26,172 nt of DNA from Clostridiaceae bacterium (lineage in GTDB: Bacteria > Bacillota > Clostridia > Oscillospirales > Acutalibacteraceae), in contig CAJGDQ010000001.1 of NCBI GenBank assembly GCA_904502215.1, forward strand, positions 1 to 26,172, in the 5' to 3' direction. A program made the translations under genes and the position numbers. The notes beneath the pieces are model-generated. The model did no database searches, had not been told where the DNA came from, and saw only the letters and a program-made list of their open reading frames with translations. Positions 14,600 to 24,425 of this stretch are shown one piece after another (the stretch's first letter is position 1; every line of letters starts with the position of its first letter).

Positions 14600-16784
14600 G
14601 CAACAAATGCGTGATTTTAATGAGCTGAAAGAATGTATGAAAAGCTTTGGCGGAAATTATGATTATGATTTGGTTGAAAGGGCCTTTAAGGTCTGTGTTT
14701 CTGCCCATGAGGGTCAAAAGAGAAGAAGCCAAGAGGATTATTATATCCATCCTTTTAATGTTGCCAAAATCATCGTTTCTTTGGGACTTGATAGTCAGTC
14801 AATCGCTGCTTCTTTGCTTCACGATGTTGTTGAGGATACTGATGCAACAGTTGAAGATATCAAAAACGATTTCGGTCAAGAGGTAGCCCTCTTGGTTGAT
14901 GGTGTTACTAAAATCGGTCAGCTTAATTTTACAACTAAGGAACAACAACAGGCAGAGAGCCTTAGAAAAATGCTTATAGCTATGGGTCAGGATATCAGGG
15001 TTATTATTATAAAACTTGCTGATAGACTTCATAATATGCGAACAATTGATGCTATGCCCGAACATAAGCAAAGAGAAAAATCGGTTGAAACCCTTGAAAT
15101 TTATGCTCCGATTGCCCATAGACTTGGTATCAGACCCGTTAAGGAAGAGCTTGAGGACTTGGCGATTAAGCACCTCGACCCAATAGCTTATGAAGAGATT
15201 GAAAGCTCTCTAACCCTTCATAAAAGACACAGAGAGCAAATCTTAGATGAGATTAAGAATAAGATTGCCGAGCGTCTTAAAGAGGAAATGCCCGGTGTTG
15301 AAATGACCTTTCAGGGCAGGGTTAAGTCTATTCACGGAATATACCGCAAAATGTATGTTCAAAACCGTGATTTTGATGAGATTTATGATGTTTATGCAAT
15401 CCGTATAATTACCGATACCGTTGCAAACTGCTATAATATATTGGGAATTATGCATGATATGTTCCGCCCGATTCCTAATCGCTTTAAGGACTATATTTCA
15501 ACCCCTAAGCCCAATATGTATCAATCACTTCATACAACTGTTTTGAGCCGTGCGGGAATACCCTTTGAAATTCAAATCAGAACCTTTGAAATGCACCATA
15601 CAGCCGAATTTGGTATTGCGGCGCACTGGAAATACAAAGAGGGAATAACAGATAACGATAAGAGCCTTGAGGATAGACTTGCTTGGATTCGCCAAATCCT
15701 TGATACTCAGGCAACTGCACCTGATGCTACCGATATTGTTAGAACGATTAAGGTTGATTTATCTCAAGAGGATGTTTTTGCCGTAACTCCGAAGGGCGAT
15801 GTTATTAATCTTCCTGTTGGTGCAACTATTATTGACTTTGCTTTTGCTATCCATTCGGCTGTAGGAACCAGAATGGTTGGCGCCAAGGTTAACGGAAAGA
15901 TAGCCCAAATAACCCACGAAATTAAAACAGGCGAGGTTATTGAGATACTGACTACCAATCAGGCAGGCCATGGACCAAGCCGAGATTGGCTTAGTATTGC
16001 CGTTACATCTCAGGCAAAGGCTAAAATCCGTTCTTGGTTTAAGAAGGAGAGAAGACCTGAAAATATTGCAACAGGTAAGCTCGAATTTGAAAAAGAACTT
16101 AGAAGAAACGGAATCGAAATTCCTGATGAGGAATATGAAACATACCTTGATGAGCTTGCCAAGAAATATCGTTTTGAAAATGGCGAGGAATTTTTTGCTG
16201 CTATCGGTTATGGCGGAATTTTGCTTTCAAAGGTGCTTCCTCGAATTAAGGATGATTTCAGCAAAAAGGCAAATGCTAATAAAATCCCAGAGATTGTGCC
16301 GATTGAAAGAAGCAAGGCGGCAAAATCTTCGGAAGGCGTTATCGTTGAGGGAATTGATAACTGCCTTATTAAGCTTTCAAAGTGCTGTGCTCCGCTACCT
16401 GGGGATGATATTATTGGCTTTATAACAAGGGGCCATGGTGTTTCAATTCATAAGAGAGATTGCAATAATGTTCCTAAAAATATTATGGATGATGATGAGC
16501 CTGAGCGTTGGATAAATGCTTATTGGGATAGCGGTAAAACCGAATCCTTCACCTCAACCTTGCAGGCTATGTTTATAAACCGAGATGGCATTGTTATTGA
16601 TGTTATGAATGCTGTTAATAATATGCGAGTTCCTGTTCATAGCATAAACGCAAAGGAAATGAAAAACGGAAATTCTTCGGTTATTATAACAATAAGTGCC
16701 GAAAGTGTTGAGCATCTTCGCAGTATTATTGCAAGAATTGAAAAAATACCGGGTGCTTATAGTGTTGAAAGGATTAATCAGTAA
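14592..16784 (+). CDS. relA: Bifunctional (p)ppGpp synthetase/hydrolase Rel
   Basis: HD domain (LLHDVVED, KLADRLHNMRT), synthetase (RFKDY, YQSLHT, EIQIRT), TGS, ZFD (KCC.P.PGD) and ACT domains. ATG at 14592. Confidence 0.96.
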   Translation: MNEQQMRDFNELKECMKSFGGNYDYDLVERAFKVCVSAHEGQKRRSQEDYYIHPFNVAKIIVSLGLDSQSIAASLLHDVVEDTDATVEDIKNDFGQEVALLVDGVTKIGQLNFTTKEQQQAESLRKMLIAMGQDIRVIIIKLADRLHNMRTIDAMPEHKQREKSVETLEIYAPIAHRLGIRPVKEELEDLAIKHLDPIAYEEIESSLTLHKRHREQILDEIKNKIAERLKEEMPGVEMTFQGRVKSIHGIYRKMYVQNRDFDEIYDVYAIRIITDTVANCYNILGIMHDMFRPIPNRFKDYISTPKPNMYQSLHTTVLSRAGIPFEIQIRTFEMHHTAEFGIAAHWKYKEGITDNDKSLEDRLAWIRQILDTQATAPDATDIVRTIKVDLSQEDVFAVTPKGDVINLPVGATIIDFAFAIHSAVGTRMVGAKVNGKIAQITHEIKTGEVIEILTTNQAGHGPSRDWLSIAVTSQAKAKIRSWFKKERRPENIATGKLEFEKELRRNGIEIPDEEYETYLDELAKKYRFENGEEFFAAIGYGGILLSKVLPRIKDDFSKKANANKIPEIVPIERSKAAKSSEGVIVEGIDNCLIKLSKCCAPLPGDDIIGFITRGHGVSIHKRDCNNVPKNIMDDDEPERWINAYWDSGKTESFTSTLQAMFINRDGIVIDVMNAVNNMRVPVHSINAKEMKNGNSSVIITISAESVEHLRSIIARIEKIPGAYSVERINQ

Positions 16785-17248
16785 TGAAGGCTGTTATTCA
16801 AAGAGTTAAATATGCTTCGGTTAAGGTTGATGGCGTTACTGTTGGCAACTGCGAAAAGGGCTATATGGTGCTTTTGGGAGTTGCCGAGGGGGATACCGAG
16901 GCCGAGGCTGAGCTTTTGGCTAAGAAAACCGCTAATTTAAGGGTTTTCGAGGATGAAAATGAAAAAATGAATCTATCTATACTTGATATAGATGGCGAAA
17001 TTTTAGCAATTTCTCAGTTCACCCTTTGTGCCGATGTTAAAAAGGGAAACAGGCCGTCTTTTATCGGCGCTATGGCTCCAGATAAGGCAAATGAGCTTTA
17101 TGAGGTTTATTGCGATAAACTCCTCGAAAATGGAGTTAAAAAGGTTGATAAGGGAGTTTTCGGTGCCGATATGAAGGTTGAACTTTTAAACGATGGCCCT
17201 GTTACCATACTTTATGATACTGATATTTGGAGAAAAAATGGAAATTAA
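16784..17248 (+). CDS. dtd: D-aminoacyl-tRNA deacylase
   Basis: MKAVIQRV, SQFTL, GNRPSF and NDGPVT motifs. Confidence 0.96.
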   Translation: MKAVIQRVKYASVKVDGVTVGNCEKGYMVLLGVAEGDTEAEAELLAKKTANLRVFEDENEKMNLSILDIDGEILAISQFTLCADVKKGNRPSFIGAMAPDKANELYEVYCDKLLENGVKKVDKGVFGADMKVELLNDGPVTILYDTDIWRKNGN

Positions 17249-17852
17249 GGTTTTAAGATTAGGACTTATAAGGACAAACTGTTATTTGGTTTCAACCGAT
17301 AAGGCGGCAATTGTTATAGACCCGGGTTTTATTTCAAACGAAACTGAAGATTTCTTAAAGGGAAATGAAGGCAAGGAAAGATTGATTCTTTTAACCCATA
17401 ATCATTTTGACCATATCGGCGGTGCTGATATTTTAAGAAAGAATACGGGGGTAAAAATCGCTATCGGTGAGATTGATGGGGCGGATTTATCAAATCCCGA
17501 GGTTAACCTTTCTTATAAATTCAGGGCTCATCTAGAACCCTTTTCGGCCGATATTTTGCTAAAGGATGGCGAAATTTTAAAGGTTGGAGATATTGAGTTT
17601 AAGGTAATCTTAACTCCAGGTCATACCTTAGGTTCTATTTGCCTTCATAGTGATGATATTCTCTTTTCGGGGGACACGCTTTTTTATGAGTCGGTTGGTA
17701 GAACCGATTTCATAAACGGAGATTTTAATGCTATAAAAAATTCTATTCAAAAACTTTATGAGTTAGATGGGGATACAGTAGTTCTTTCGGGACACGGCGA
17801 GCAAACCACCATTGCCCACGAAAAACTTTACAACCCATTTGTTAAAGGTTAA
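17238..17852 (+). CDS. MBL-fold metallo-hydrolase (glyoxalase II-like)
   Basis: THNHFDHIGG, TPGHT, SGDTLF and SGHG. Start at ATG 17238 with RBS GGAG. Confidence 0.93.
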   Translation: MEIKVLRLGLIRTNCYLVSTDKAAIVIDPGFISNETEDFLKGNEGKERLILLTHNHFDHIGGADILRKNTGVKIAIGEIDGADLSNPEVNLSYKFRAHLEPFSADILLKDGEILKVGDIEFKVILTPGHTLGSICLHSDDILFSGDTLFYESVGRTDFINGDFNAIKNSIQKLYELDGDTVVLSGHGEQTTIAHEKLYNPFVKG

Positions 17853-17855
17853 ATT

Positions 17856-19307
17856 ATGAAACTATGTATGATTAACCATTCTTTTCGGTATGAGCTTGAA
17901 AAACTGATAAGAATATTTTTACCCTTTGAAAAAATCGAGTTTTCCAAGATAGAAGAAACTGCTGATAATACTGCGGTTACTTTTCTTTCTGATACTGCCA
18001 AAGCAAAGCTTTTTATATTCGGCAAAGAGTTTTCAAAGGAACTTTCTATTGAAGAAACCGATGATTATGATAAGGAATGCGAGTTAAAGCTGGCAACAGC
18101 TCTTTTTGAATGCTTTGTTGAAGCCTTTGGATATATTCCAAGTTGGGGTATTTTAACAGGCGTTCGCCCTGCAAAGCTTTATTCAAGGCTTTCGAAAACT
18201 ATGGGCAAGAGCCCAGATGATTATTTCAAAAACATTCTTAAGGTTAGTGATAAAAAGCTTTCTCTTTGTAAGGAAACCTTTGAGGGCGAGGAAAAAATCA
18301 CCAGCCTTTCTAAAGGAGATTCTTTTAGTCTTTATATTTCAATTCCTTTTTGCCCAACAAGGTGTTCTTATTGCTCCTTTGTTTCTCATTCTGTAGCTCA
18401 GGCTAAAAAGCTGATACCTCAGTATATTGAACTTTTGTGTGCCGAGCTTAGAGAAACTGCAAAAATTGCAAAAGAATTAGCGCTAAGGCTTGAAACAATT
18501 TATATCGGCGGTGGCACTCCAACCTCGCTAGAGGCTTCTGATATTGAGAAAATAATGAAAACTGTAGCGGATAATTTTAACCTTGCAAATCTTAGGGAAT
18601 ACACTGTTGAGGCAGGAAGACCTGATACCATAACTAAGGAAAAGTTAAAGGTTATTAAGGAATATGGCGCTACGAGAATCAGCATAAATCCGCAAACTAT
18701 GAATGATAAGGTTTTAGAGGGGATTGGAAGAAAACATACAGCCGAAGATACCGTTAAAGCCTTTTTACTTGCTCGAAGCCAAGGCTTCGATAATATAAAT
18801 ATGGATTTAATTGCAGGGCTGCCTGATGATACATTTGAAAGTTTCAAAGAAACTATTTCTAAAATTTTAAACCTTAATCCCGAAAGTGTTACAGTTCATT
18901 CACTTTCAATGAAGCGTTCTTCAAATCTTTCTAAGTATGGGATTCTTCCTGAAACCGAAATGGGAAAAACTGCATCTATGATGGTGGATTTTGCCCGAGA
19001 GGAATTAAGTAAGAACGGAATTGTGCCTTACTATATGTATCGCCAAAGCAAAACTGTTGGAAATCTCGAAAATGTTGGCTATTCTAAAAAGGGGTTTGAA
19101 TGCCTTTATAATGTTTACATAATGGATGAAACCCATTCTATTTTAGCCTGCGGCGCCTCAGCTGTTACAAAGCTTAGAGAACCTGGTGGCAGTTTTATAG
19201 ATAGAATTTTCAACTTTAAATATCCTTATGAGTATATTAACCGCTTTGATGAGTTGATGGCTCGCAAAGAGGGAATAAAGCAATTTTATAGCTTATATAA
19301 AAAATAA
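17856..19307 (+). CDS. hemZ: HemZ / HemN-like radical SAM protein
   Basis: WGILTGVRP, CPTRCSYC, GGGTP, TVEAGRPD, RISINPQ and PYYMYRQ; conserved position after rel-dtd-MBL. Confidence 0.92.
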   Translation: MKLCMINHSFRYELEKLIRIFLPFEKIEFSKIEETADNTAVTFLSDTAKAKLFIFGKEFSKELSIEETDDYDKECELKLATALFECFVEAFGYIPSWGILTGVRPAKLYSRLSKTMGKSPDDYFKNILKVSDKKLSLCKETFEGEEKITSLSKGDSFSLYISIPFCPTRCSYCSFVSHSVAQAKKLIPQYIELLCAELRETAKIAKELALRLETIYIGGGTPTSLEASDIEKIMKTVADNFNLANLREYTVEAGRPDTITKEKLKVIKEYGATRISINPQTMNDKVLEGIGRKHTAEDTVKAFLLARSQGFDNINMDLIAGLPDDTFESFKETISKILNLNPESVTVHSLSMKRSSNLSKYGILPETEMGKTASMMVDFAREELSKNGIVPYYMYRQSKTVGNLENVGYSKKGFECLYNVYIMDETHSILACGASAVTKLREPGGSFIDRIFNFKYPYEYINRFDELMARKEGIKQFYSLYKK

Positions 19308-19322
19308 TCAGGAGGTAATTTT

Positions 19323-19679
19323 ATGGATTTTTTAGATAACGCAGTTAATACCGCAAGAGAGGCATTTGATATCGCTTATAAGAAAACAGGGGAATTGGTT
19401 AATTCTCAAAAGCAAAAGTTTGATATTGCTTCACTTAAAAATAAACGAAATAAATCTTTTGAGGCTCTTGGAAAGCTCTATTTCGAATTTGTTAAGGATG
19501 AGAATATCGAAAACGATGAAATAAGAGCCTTGGTTGAGGAAATTAAAGAAAATAATGAGAAAATTAACAAGCTGAAAGAAGAAATAAATTCAGCAAAAAA
19601 TAAGGTTGTTTGTGAAAATTGTTCGGCTCTCAACGATGAAACCGCTATTTTTTGCAGTGCTTGCGGAAATAAACTTTAA
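19323..19679 (+). CDS. Coiled-coil protein with a C-terminal zinc ribbon
   Basis: Helical K/E-rich region, then CENC...FCSACG; strong RBS AGGAGG. Confidence 0.85.
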   Translation: MDFLDNAVNTAREAFDIAYKKTGELVNSQKQKFDIASLKNKRNKSFEALGKLYFEFVKDENIENDEIRALVEEIKENNEKINKLKEEINSAKNKVVCENCSALNDETAIFCSACGNKL

Positions 19680-19694
19680 ACGGAAGTGATAAAA

Positions 19695-20384
19695 GTGAAG
19701 ATAGGAATTATTGTCGCCGATATTGATGAATATAAGCCGTTTGCCGATTATATTGAAAAAACGGATTTTGAGGAATATTCTTTCTTAGGCAGAAAGGGCC
19801 ATAAGTTTTTCATAAATGAAGCCGAGGTTATATCTATTCTTTGCGGAATCGGTAAGGTGAATGCAACTGCTGCCGCAATGCATTTGGTTGATATCGGATG
19901 TGATTATATTTTAAACTTTGGTTTGTCGGGCGGTATAAGCGGAGTAAGACGTGGCGATATATCTGTCCCCTCAAGGTTTTTAGAACATGATTTTGATTTA
20001 ACCGGCATTGGCTATAAGCCTTGTGAAAAACCTGCTCAGGAGTATATTTATGATGCTGATAAGGCTCTTTGCGATATTGCTTTAAGACTATTGCCTGAGG
20101 CTAAATGCGGAACTGCTGTTTCGGGGGACTGTTTTGTTTGCGATGAGGCTTTGAGAAATAGCCTTAAGGAAAACTTCGGCGCTATGTCCTGTGATATGGA
20201 AACTGCCGCTATTGCTTATGTATGCTCTTTTTCTAAAGTGCCTTTCTTAGCGCTTAGAAGAATTTCGGATGATGCGGGTAATGATGCCGAAACCTCTTAT
20301 AGAGAGATGAACACTTCAAATGCCACCTTGCTTTCCGACTATATAATTTGGATAGTTAAGGCTATCGGCGGTAAGAAAATATGA
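19695..20384 (+). CDS. mtnN: 5'-methylthioadenosine/S-adenosylhomocysteine nucleosidase
   Basis: KIGII.A, GIGKVNA, SGD.F, DMETAAIA and RRISDDA. Start is GTG 19695 or 19686. Confidence 0.92.
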   Translation: MKIGIIVADIDEYKPFADYIEKTDFEEYSFLGRKGHKFFINEAEVISILCGIGKVNATAAAMHLVDIGCDYILNFGLSGGISGVRRGDISVPSRFLEHDFDLTGIGYKPCEKPAQEYIYDADKALCDIALRLLPEAKCGTAVSGDCFVCDEALRNSLKENFGAMSCDMETAAIAYVCSFSKVPFLALRRISDDAGNDAETSYREMNTSNATLLSDYIIWIVKAIGGKKI

Positions 20385-22039
20385 TGAACGAAAGAAAAAA
20401 GCAAACTCTTTATGAGGGTGCTTCGGTTTTGCTGATTTCAACTGTGCTGGCTAAGATTATAAGTGCAATTTTTAAAATTCCGCTTTCCTCTAATGCTTGC
20501 CTTGGTGATATCGGTTTTGGTTATTTTTCAGCGGCTCATGATTTTTTCACACCGTTTCATATGATGGCAATATCAGGTTTCTCGGTTGCCGTTTCAAAGG
20601 TTGTTGCCGATTATACTGCGGTTAACGGTTTTAAGGATGCCGAAAAAGCCTTTAAGCTTTCGAGAAAACTGCTTTTATGGTTTAGTATTGCATTTGCTAT
20701 TATTCTAACCATTGTTATTGTGCCCTTTGTTAAGGCGACCGATATAACGGGTCAAAGTATTTATAGCTATTTTGCTATGATTCCTTGTGTTATATTTTGT
20801 TTTATTGCTTCGGCTTATAGAGGATATTATGAAGGCCTTGGCAATATGAATCCTGCGGCAGTAACCAATATTATCGAAGCCTTGGCGAAGCTTGTTTTAG
20901 GCTTTGGCTCAGCGCTTATTGTTGTTAAAATAACTAATAAATTTGCCTTTGCCGCCGCAGCAGCAACACTCGGTATCACATTTGGTGCATTGCTATCGCT
21001 TATTTATTTTCATATAAAATATAAGATTTCGGGCGGAATAACTAATGCTGAGCTTAAAAAATCAACCCCGCAAAAGAAGGATAATGAAATAATCAAATCT
21101 CTGGTTCTGGTTTCAATACCTATAGTTTTATCTTCTGTTGCTTCAAGTGTTGTAACCTTGGTTGATGCTATAACTGTTAGGTGGCAGCTATCGGGGGAGA
21201 TTATGAGACTGGCTCGGTTTTATCCGGAGTTTGTAATGAATTTGGAGGAACTGCCAACACTTCTGTATGGTATCAGAAGCAAGGCTTTCACTCTTTATAA
21301 TCTGGTTCCAACCTTAACAATGGTTGTTGGCGTTGGTGCGATACCCGTTTTAGCTGAAGCATTTAATAAAAATGAGACTGAAGAGCTTAAAGAGGGAATA
21401 GGCTCTGTTTTTAAACTTTCGGCTCTTATAACTCTTCCTGCTGCCGCAGGCTTTATAAGCCTTGGCGAGAGAATTATGGCTTTGCTTTTCGGTGCAGATG
21501 CTTCTTCCCAAATCGGCGGAAAAATGCTTTCTCTATTTGGAATTGCCCTTATTTTCTCGGGAATAGCAATTCCGCTTGGCAGTTGTCTTCAAGCCCTTAA
21601 TTTGCAAAATAGAGCACTTGTTAATGTTGCCATTGGTATAGGGGTTAAAATAATATTAAATCTTTGGCTTTGCAGTATTCCTGAAATAAATGTTTTTGGC
21701 TCGGTTTATGCCACTGTTGCCTGTTATGCTGTTATCTTGGTTTTGCATCTTTTAACCTTGATTATGGCATATGGAAAATTAAAAGATTTAAAGAACATTC
21801 TTTTGAAACCGTTGTTGGCATCTATTCTTTGCTCAGTTACAGCCTTTTTGGTTTCGCAATTAAGCTTAAATTCAATAGTAACTGTGCTTTCAATAGTTTT
21901 AGGTGCGATGGTATATTTTGCTATATTAATTGCAACAAAAGCCTTTAATGATGAAGATATTTTGGCTTTCCCAATGGGAGAAAAACTTTTGAAAATAGCA
22001 AAAAAACTTAAATTTTTAAAAAAATCCGATAAAAATTAA
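20381..22039 (+). CDS. MOP-superfamily flippase (SpoVB/YabM/MurJ-like polysaccharide biosynthesis protein)
   Basis: About 14 TM segments; [11 protein letters not shown] and YRGYYEG..NM.P.A...IIE motifs; lies upstream of hup-yabO-yabP as yabM does. Confidence 0.88.
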   Translation: MMNERKKQTLYEGASVLLISTVLAKIISAIFKIPLSSNACLGDIGFGYFSAAHDFFTPFHMMAISGFSVAVSKVVADYTAVNGFKDAEKAFKLSRKLLLWFSIAFAIILTIVIVPFVKATDITGQSIYSYFAMIPCVIFCFIASAYRGYYEGLGNMNPAAVTNIIEALAKLVLGFGSALIVVKITNKFAFAAAAATLGITFGALLSLIYFHIKYKISGGITNAELKKSTPQKKDNEIIKSLVLVSIPIVLSSVASSVVTLVDAITVRWQLSGEIMRLARFYPEFVMNLEELPTLLYGIRSKAFTLYNLVPTLTMVVGVGAIPVLAEAFNKNETEELKEGIGSVFKLSALITLPAAAGFISLGERIMALLFGADASSQIGGKMLSLFGIALIFSGIAIPLGSCLQALNLQNRALVNVAIGIGVKIILNLWLCSIPEINVFGSVYATVACYAVILVLHLLTLIMAYGKLKDLKNILLKPLLASILCSVTAFLVSQLSLNSIVTVLSIVLGAMVYFAILIATKAFNDEDILAFPMGEKLLKIAKKLKFLKKSDKN

Positions 22040-22078
22040 AATATATTCACTTTTTGGCAAAAAAATTACTAAAATCTA

Positions 22079-22107
22079 TTGATTTTTTAGCAAAAGTATG
22101 GTATAAA
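22079..22107 (+). promoter_or_regulatory. sigmaA promoter of hup
   Basis: TTGATT (22079-22084)-N17-TGg-TATAAA (22102-22107). Confidence 0.6.
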
Positions 22108-22176
22108 TATACAAGCGAATATGTTTTTAATTTATTTTTTATTAAATTCGTAAAAATTTTTTTGGAGGTTTTTGTC

Positions 22177-22449
22177 ATGAACAAAACAGAATTAGTTGCT
22201 TCTATCGCTGCAAAAGCAGGCATCGCTAAGAAGGATGCTGAAAAGGCTGTAGCTGCATTGGTTGATACCGTTGCTGCTGAGCTCAAGGCTGGCGGAAAAA
22301 TTCAGCTCGTTGGTTTCGGAACTTTTGAGGTTCGTGAGCGTGCTGCAAGAACCGGTATCAATCCTCAAACCGGTAAGCAGATTGAGATTGCTGCTTCTAA
22401 GAATCCCGTATTTAAGGCTGGTAAAGCTTTAAAAGATGCTATAAAATAA
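22177..22449 (+). CDS. hup: Histone-like DNA-binding protein HU
   Basis: MNKTELV...[24 protein letters not shown]...[22 protein letters not shown] before ATG 22177. Confidence 0.97.
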   Translation: MNKTELVASIAAKAGIAKKDAEKAVAALVDTVAAELKAGGKIQLVGFGTFEVRERAARTGINPQTGKQIEIAASKNPVFKAGKALKDAIK

Positions 22450-22463
22450 TAGCGATTAAACTT

Positions 22464-22492
22464 AAGCCGTCCTTTAGGGCGGCTTTGTTTTT
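22464..22492 (+). terminator. Intrinsic terminator after hup
   Basis: AAGCCGTCC-TTTA-GGGCGGCTT-TGTTTTT. Confidence 0.8.
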
Positions 22493-22501
22493 AGGTGTTT
22501 T

Positions 22502-22744
22502 ATGAGATTAGATAAATATTTAAAGGTTTCAAGAATTATTAAACGTAGAACCGTTGCGAACGAAGCATGCGATGCAGGCAGAGTTTTGGTTAACGGTAAA
22601 GTTGCTCGTGCTTCCTATGATATTAAAATAGGTGATATTATTGAAATATCTTTTGGCACAAGGCTATTCAAAGCTCAGGTAGAGGCAGTTCAAGAAACTG
22701 TTCGCAAGGATGATGCGGCTTTGATGTATAAAATAATTGAATAA
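22502..22744 (+). CDS. yabO: S4-domain RNA-binding protein YabO/RqcP (Hsp15-like)
   Basis: MRLDKYLKVSRIIKRRTVANEACDAGRV. Confidence 0.95.
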   Translation: MRLDKYLKVSRIIKRRTVANEACDAGRVLVNGKVARASYDIKIGDIIEISFGTRLFKAQVEAVQETVRKDDAALMYKIIE

Positions 22745-22798
22745 GAATAGCACTCCAAAAATATATTTTATTAAGAAAATATTTTGGAGTGTTTTATT

Positions 22799-23068
22799 TT
22801 GGAAGAAATCCGCACAAAAAGTCATAATCTAATAATAGAAAACCGCAAAAAGTTTACCTTTACAGGAGTTAAGGATGTTTTATCTTTCGATGACGAAACC
22901 ATTATGCTTGAAACCGAGCTTGGAAGACTTGCAATAAAAGGAAACGGATTGAAAATTTCAGGTTTCGATAATGGAACAACAGACCTTTCCGGCGAGGGGA
23001 GAATACATGCAGTGATTTATACTGCCGAAGAAAAAAACGGCAGTTTTATATCACGCTTATTTAGATAA
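22799..23068 (+). CDS. yabP: Sporulation protein YabP
   Basis: H.LIIENRK....TGVKDVLSFD....LET..G.L.IKG..L, ending SRLFR. Likely TTG start at 22799 with GGAG at 22786-22789. Confidence 0.92.
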   Translation: MEEIRTKSHNLIIENRKKFTFTGVKDVLSFDDETIMLETELGRLAIKGNGLKISGFDNGTTDLSGEGRIHAVIYTAEEKNGSFISRLFR

Positions 23069-23069
23069 T

Positions 23070-23528
23070 ATGTGGGAAATAGATAATAAGCTTCAAATTT
23101 TATCACTCTTGCAATCGTTAGGTCTCGGCGTTTTTTATTGTTTGTTTTATGATTTATTTAAAGCAATAAGACTAACTATAAATCTTAATGCAAAAGCAAT
23201 ATTTTTTCAGGATATTATATATTTTGCAATAATTTCTCCCTTAACATTTTGCTTTTTGTTAAGTGTTACGAATGGGGAAATCAGAGGCTATGTTTTTATT
23301 TTGGCGAGTGTTGGTTTTTTTATAACAAGGCTAACATTTTCAAGGATTTGGCTGCCTGTTTTAGAAACATTACTAAAGCTAATTTTAAAATTCTACCGCT
23401 TAATAAGATGGATTTTGGATAGGCTTTATAAACTGATTTTCAGCTGGGGCTTGGCATTTATTAAGTTTTGGCAAAAAAAATTGGTAATAATTAAAAATTG
23501 TTTTAAAAAAGGCTTGAAAAAGCAGTAG
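23070..23528 (+). CDS. yabQ: Spore cortex biosynthesis protein YabQ
   Basis: G.....YD..K..R, QDIIY and NGEIRGYVF motifs; follows yabP. Confidence 0.88.
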   Translation: MWEIDNKLQILSLLQSLGLGVFYCLFYDLFKAIRLTINLNAKAIFFQDIIYFAIISPLTFCFLLSVTNGEIRGYVFILASVGFFITRLTFSRIWLPVLETLLKLILKFYRLIRWILDRLYKLIFSWGLAFIKFWQKKLVIIKNCFKKGLKKQ

Positions 23529-23543
23529 CTTTTGTTGTATACT
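23514..23543 (+). promoter_or_regulatory. Possible sigmaA promoter for divIC-yabR
   Basis: TTGAAA (23514-23519)-N18-TATACT (23538-23543). Confidence 0.45.
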
Positions 23544-23595
23544 AAAACATAATATATGATATTCAAAGGTTTTCTTTGAAATTCGGGGTATTGAT

Positions 23596-23886
23596 ATGAA
23601 ACGGAAGCCAAAACGAAAAAAAAGTATTTTCCTGCGGATTTTCATACTCGGCGTTTGTGCTTATTTTCTTGTAACTCTCGGCGGTTTGTTAGGCAAGCTT
23701 AATGAGAGCAAGGCTAAGCTTCAAGAGCTTAAACTTGAGTATGAACAAAAAGAGAATACAATAGCCGAGTTAAAAGCCCTTTTAAATGCTGAGGATGATT
23801 CTAAGATTATCGAAAAAGCTGCAAGGGAAAGGCTTGGGTATATTTATTCCAATGAGCAGGTATTTATCGATATTTCAGGAAGTTGA
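23596..23886 (+). CDS. divIC: Septum formation initiator DivIC/FtsB family
   Basis: Basic N-terminus, one TM segment, coiled coil and IEKAARERLGY...EQVF. Confidence 0.9.
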   Translation: MKRKPKRKKSIFLRIFILGVCAYFLVTLGGLLGKLNESKAKLQELKLEYEQKENTIAELKALLNAEDDSKIIEKAARERLGYIYSNEQVFIDISGS

Positions 23887-23919
23887 TTTTCGTTTTATTT
23901 TGGGAGGAACTCTTTTTCT

Positions 23920-24366
23920 ATGCAAATAACTGTGGGACAGATTGTTGAAGGCAAAATAACAGGTATCACCAATTTTGGTGTTTTTGTTGATTTAGGTGAT
24001 GGCAAATCGGGGCTTGTTCATATTTCCGAGGTTGCCAGAACATATGTTAGTGATATTAAGGAACATTTTAAAATCGGCGATGTTGTTAAAATGAAGGTTT
24101 TAACAATTGGTGATGATGGCAAGATTTCTCTTAGTATCAAAAAAGCGCTTGAAGGGGAAGAAAACAAGCAAAGAAAAGAGAAAAGGGATAGAAGGCCGAC
24201 TTCTGCTAAGATAGATAGTTCTTATACCTGGACTCCTAAAAAAGCTGAGCCCGCAAGTTTTGAAGAAATGATGAGCCGCTTTAAGCAAACAAGCGATGAA
24301 AAATTCTCCGATTTAAAGAGAAAAAATCCCGAAGCCAAGCGTTCAAAACGCGGCGCGGTAAAATAA
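23920..24366 (+). CDS. yabR: S1 RNA-binding domain protein (YabR/YugI-like)
   Basis: GKITGITNFGVFV...GLVHISEV...KISLSIK, then SFEEMMSRFKQTSDEK. Confidence 0.93.
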   Translation: MQITVGQIVEGKITGITNFGVFVDLGDGKSGLVHISEVARTYVSDIKEHFKIGDVVKMKVLTIGDDGKISLSIKKALEGEENKQRKEKRDRRPTSAKIDSSYTWTPKKAEPASFEEMMSRFKQTSDEKFSDLKRKNPEAKRSKRGAVK

Positions 24367-24377
24367 ATTAATTCTTC

Positions 24378-24414
24378 GGGTGGAAACGCCTTTCGGCGCT
24401 TCCGCCCTTTTTTT
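24378..24414 (+). terminator. Intrinsic terminator after yabR
   Basis: GGGTGGAAACGCC-TTTC-GGCGCTTCCGCCC-TTTTTTT. Confidence 0.85.
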
Positions 24415-24425
24415 GAGGTTTTGTT

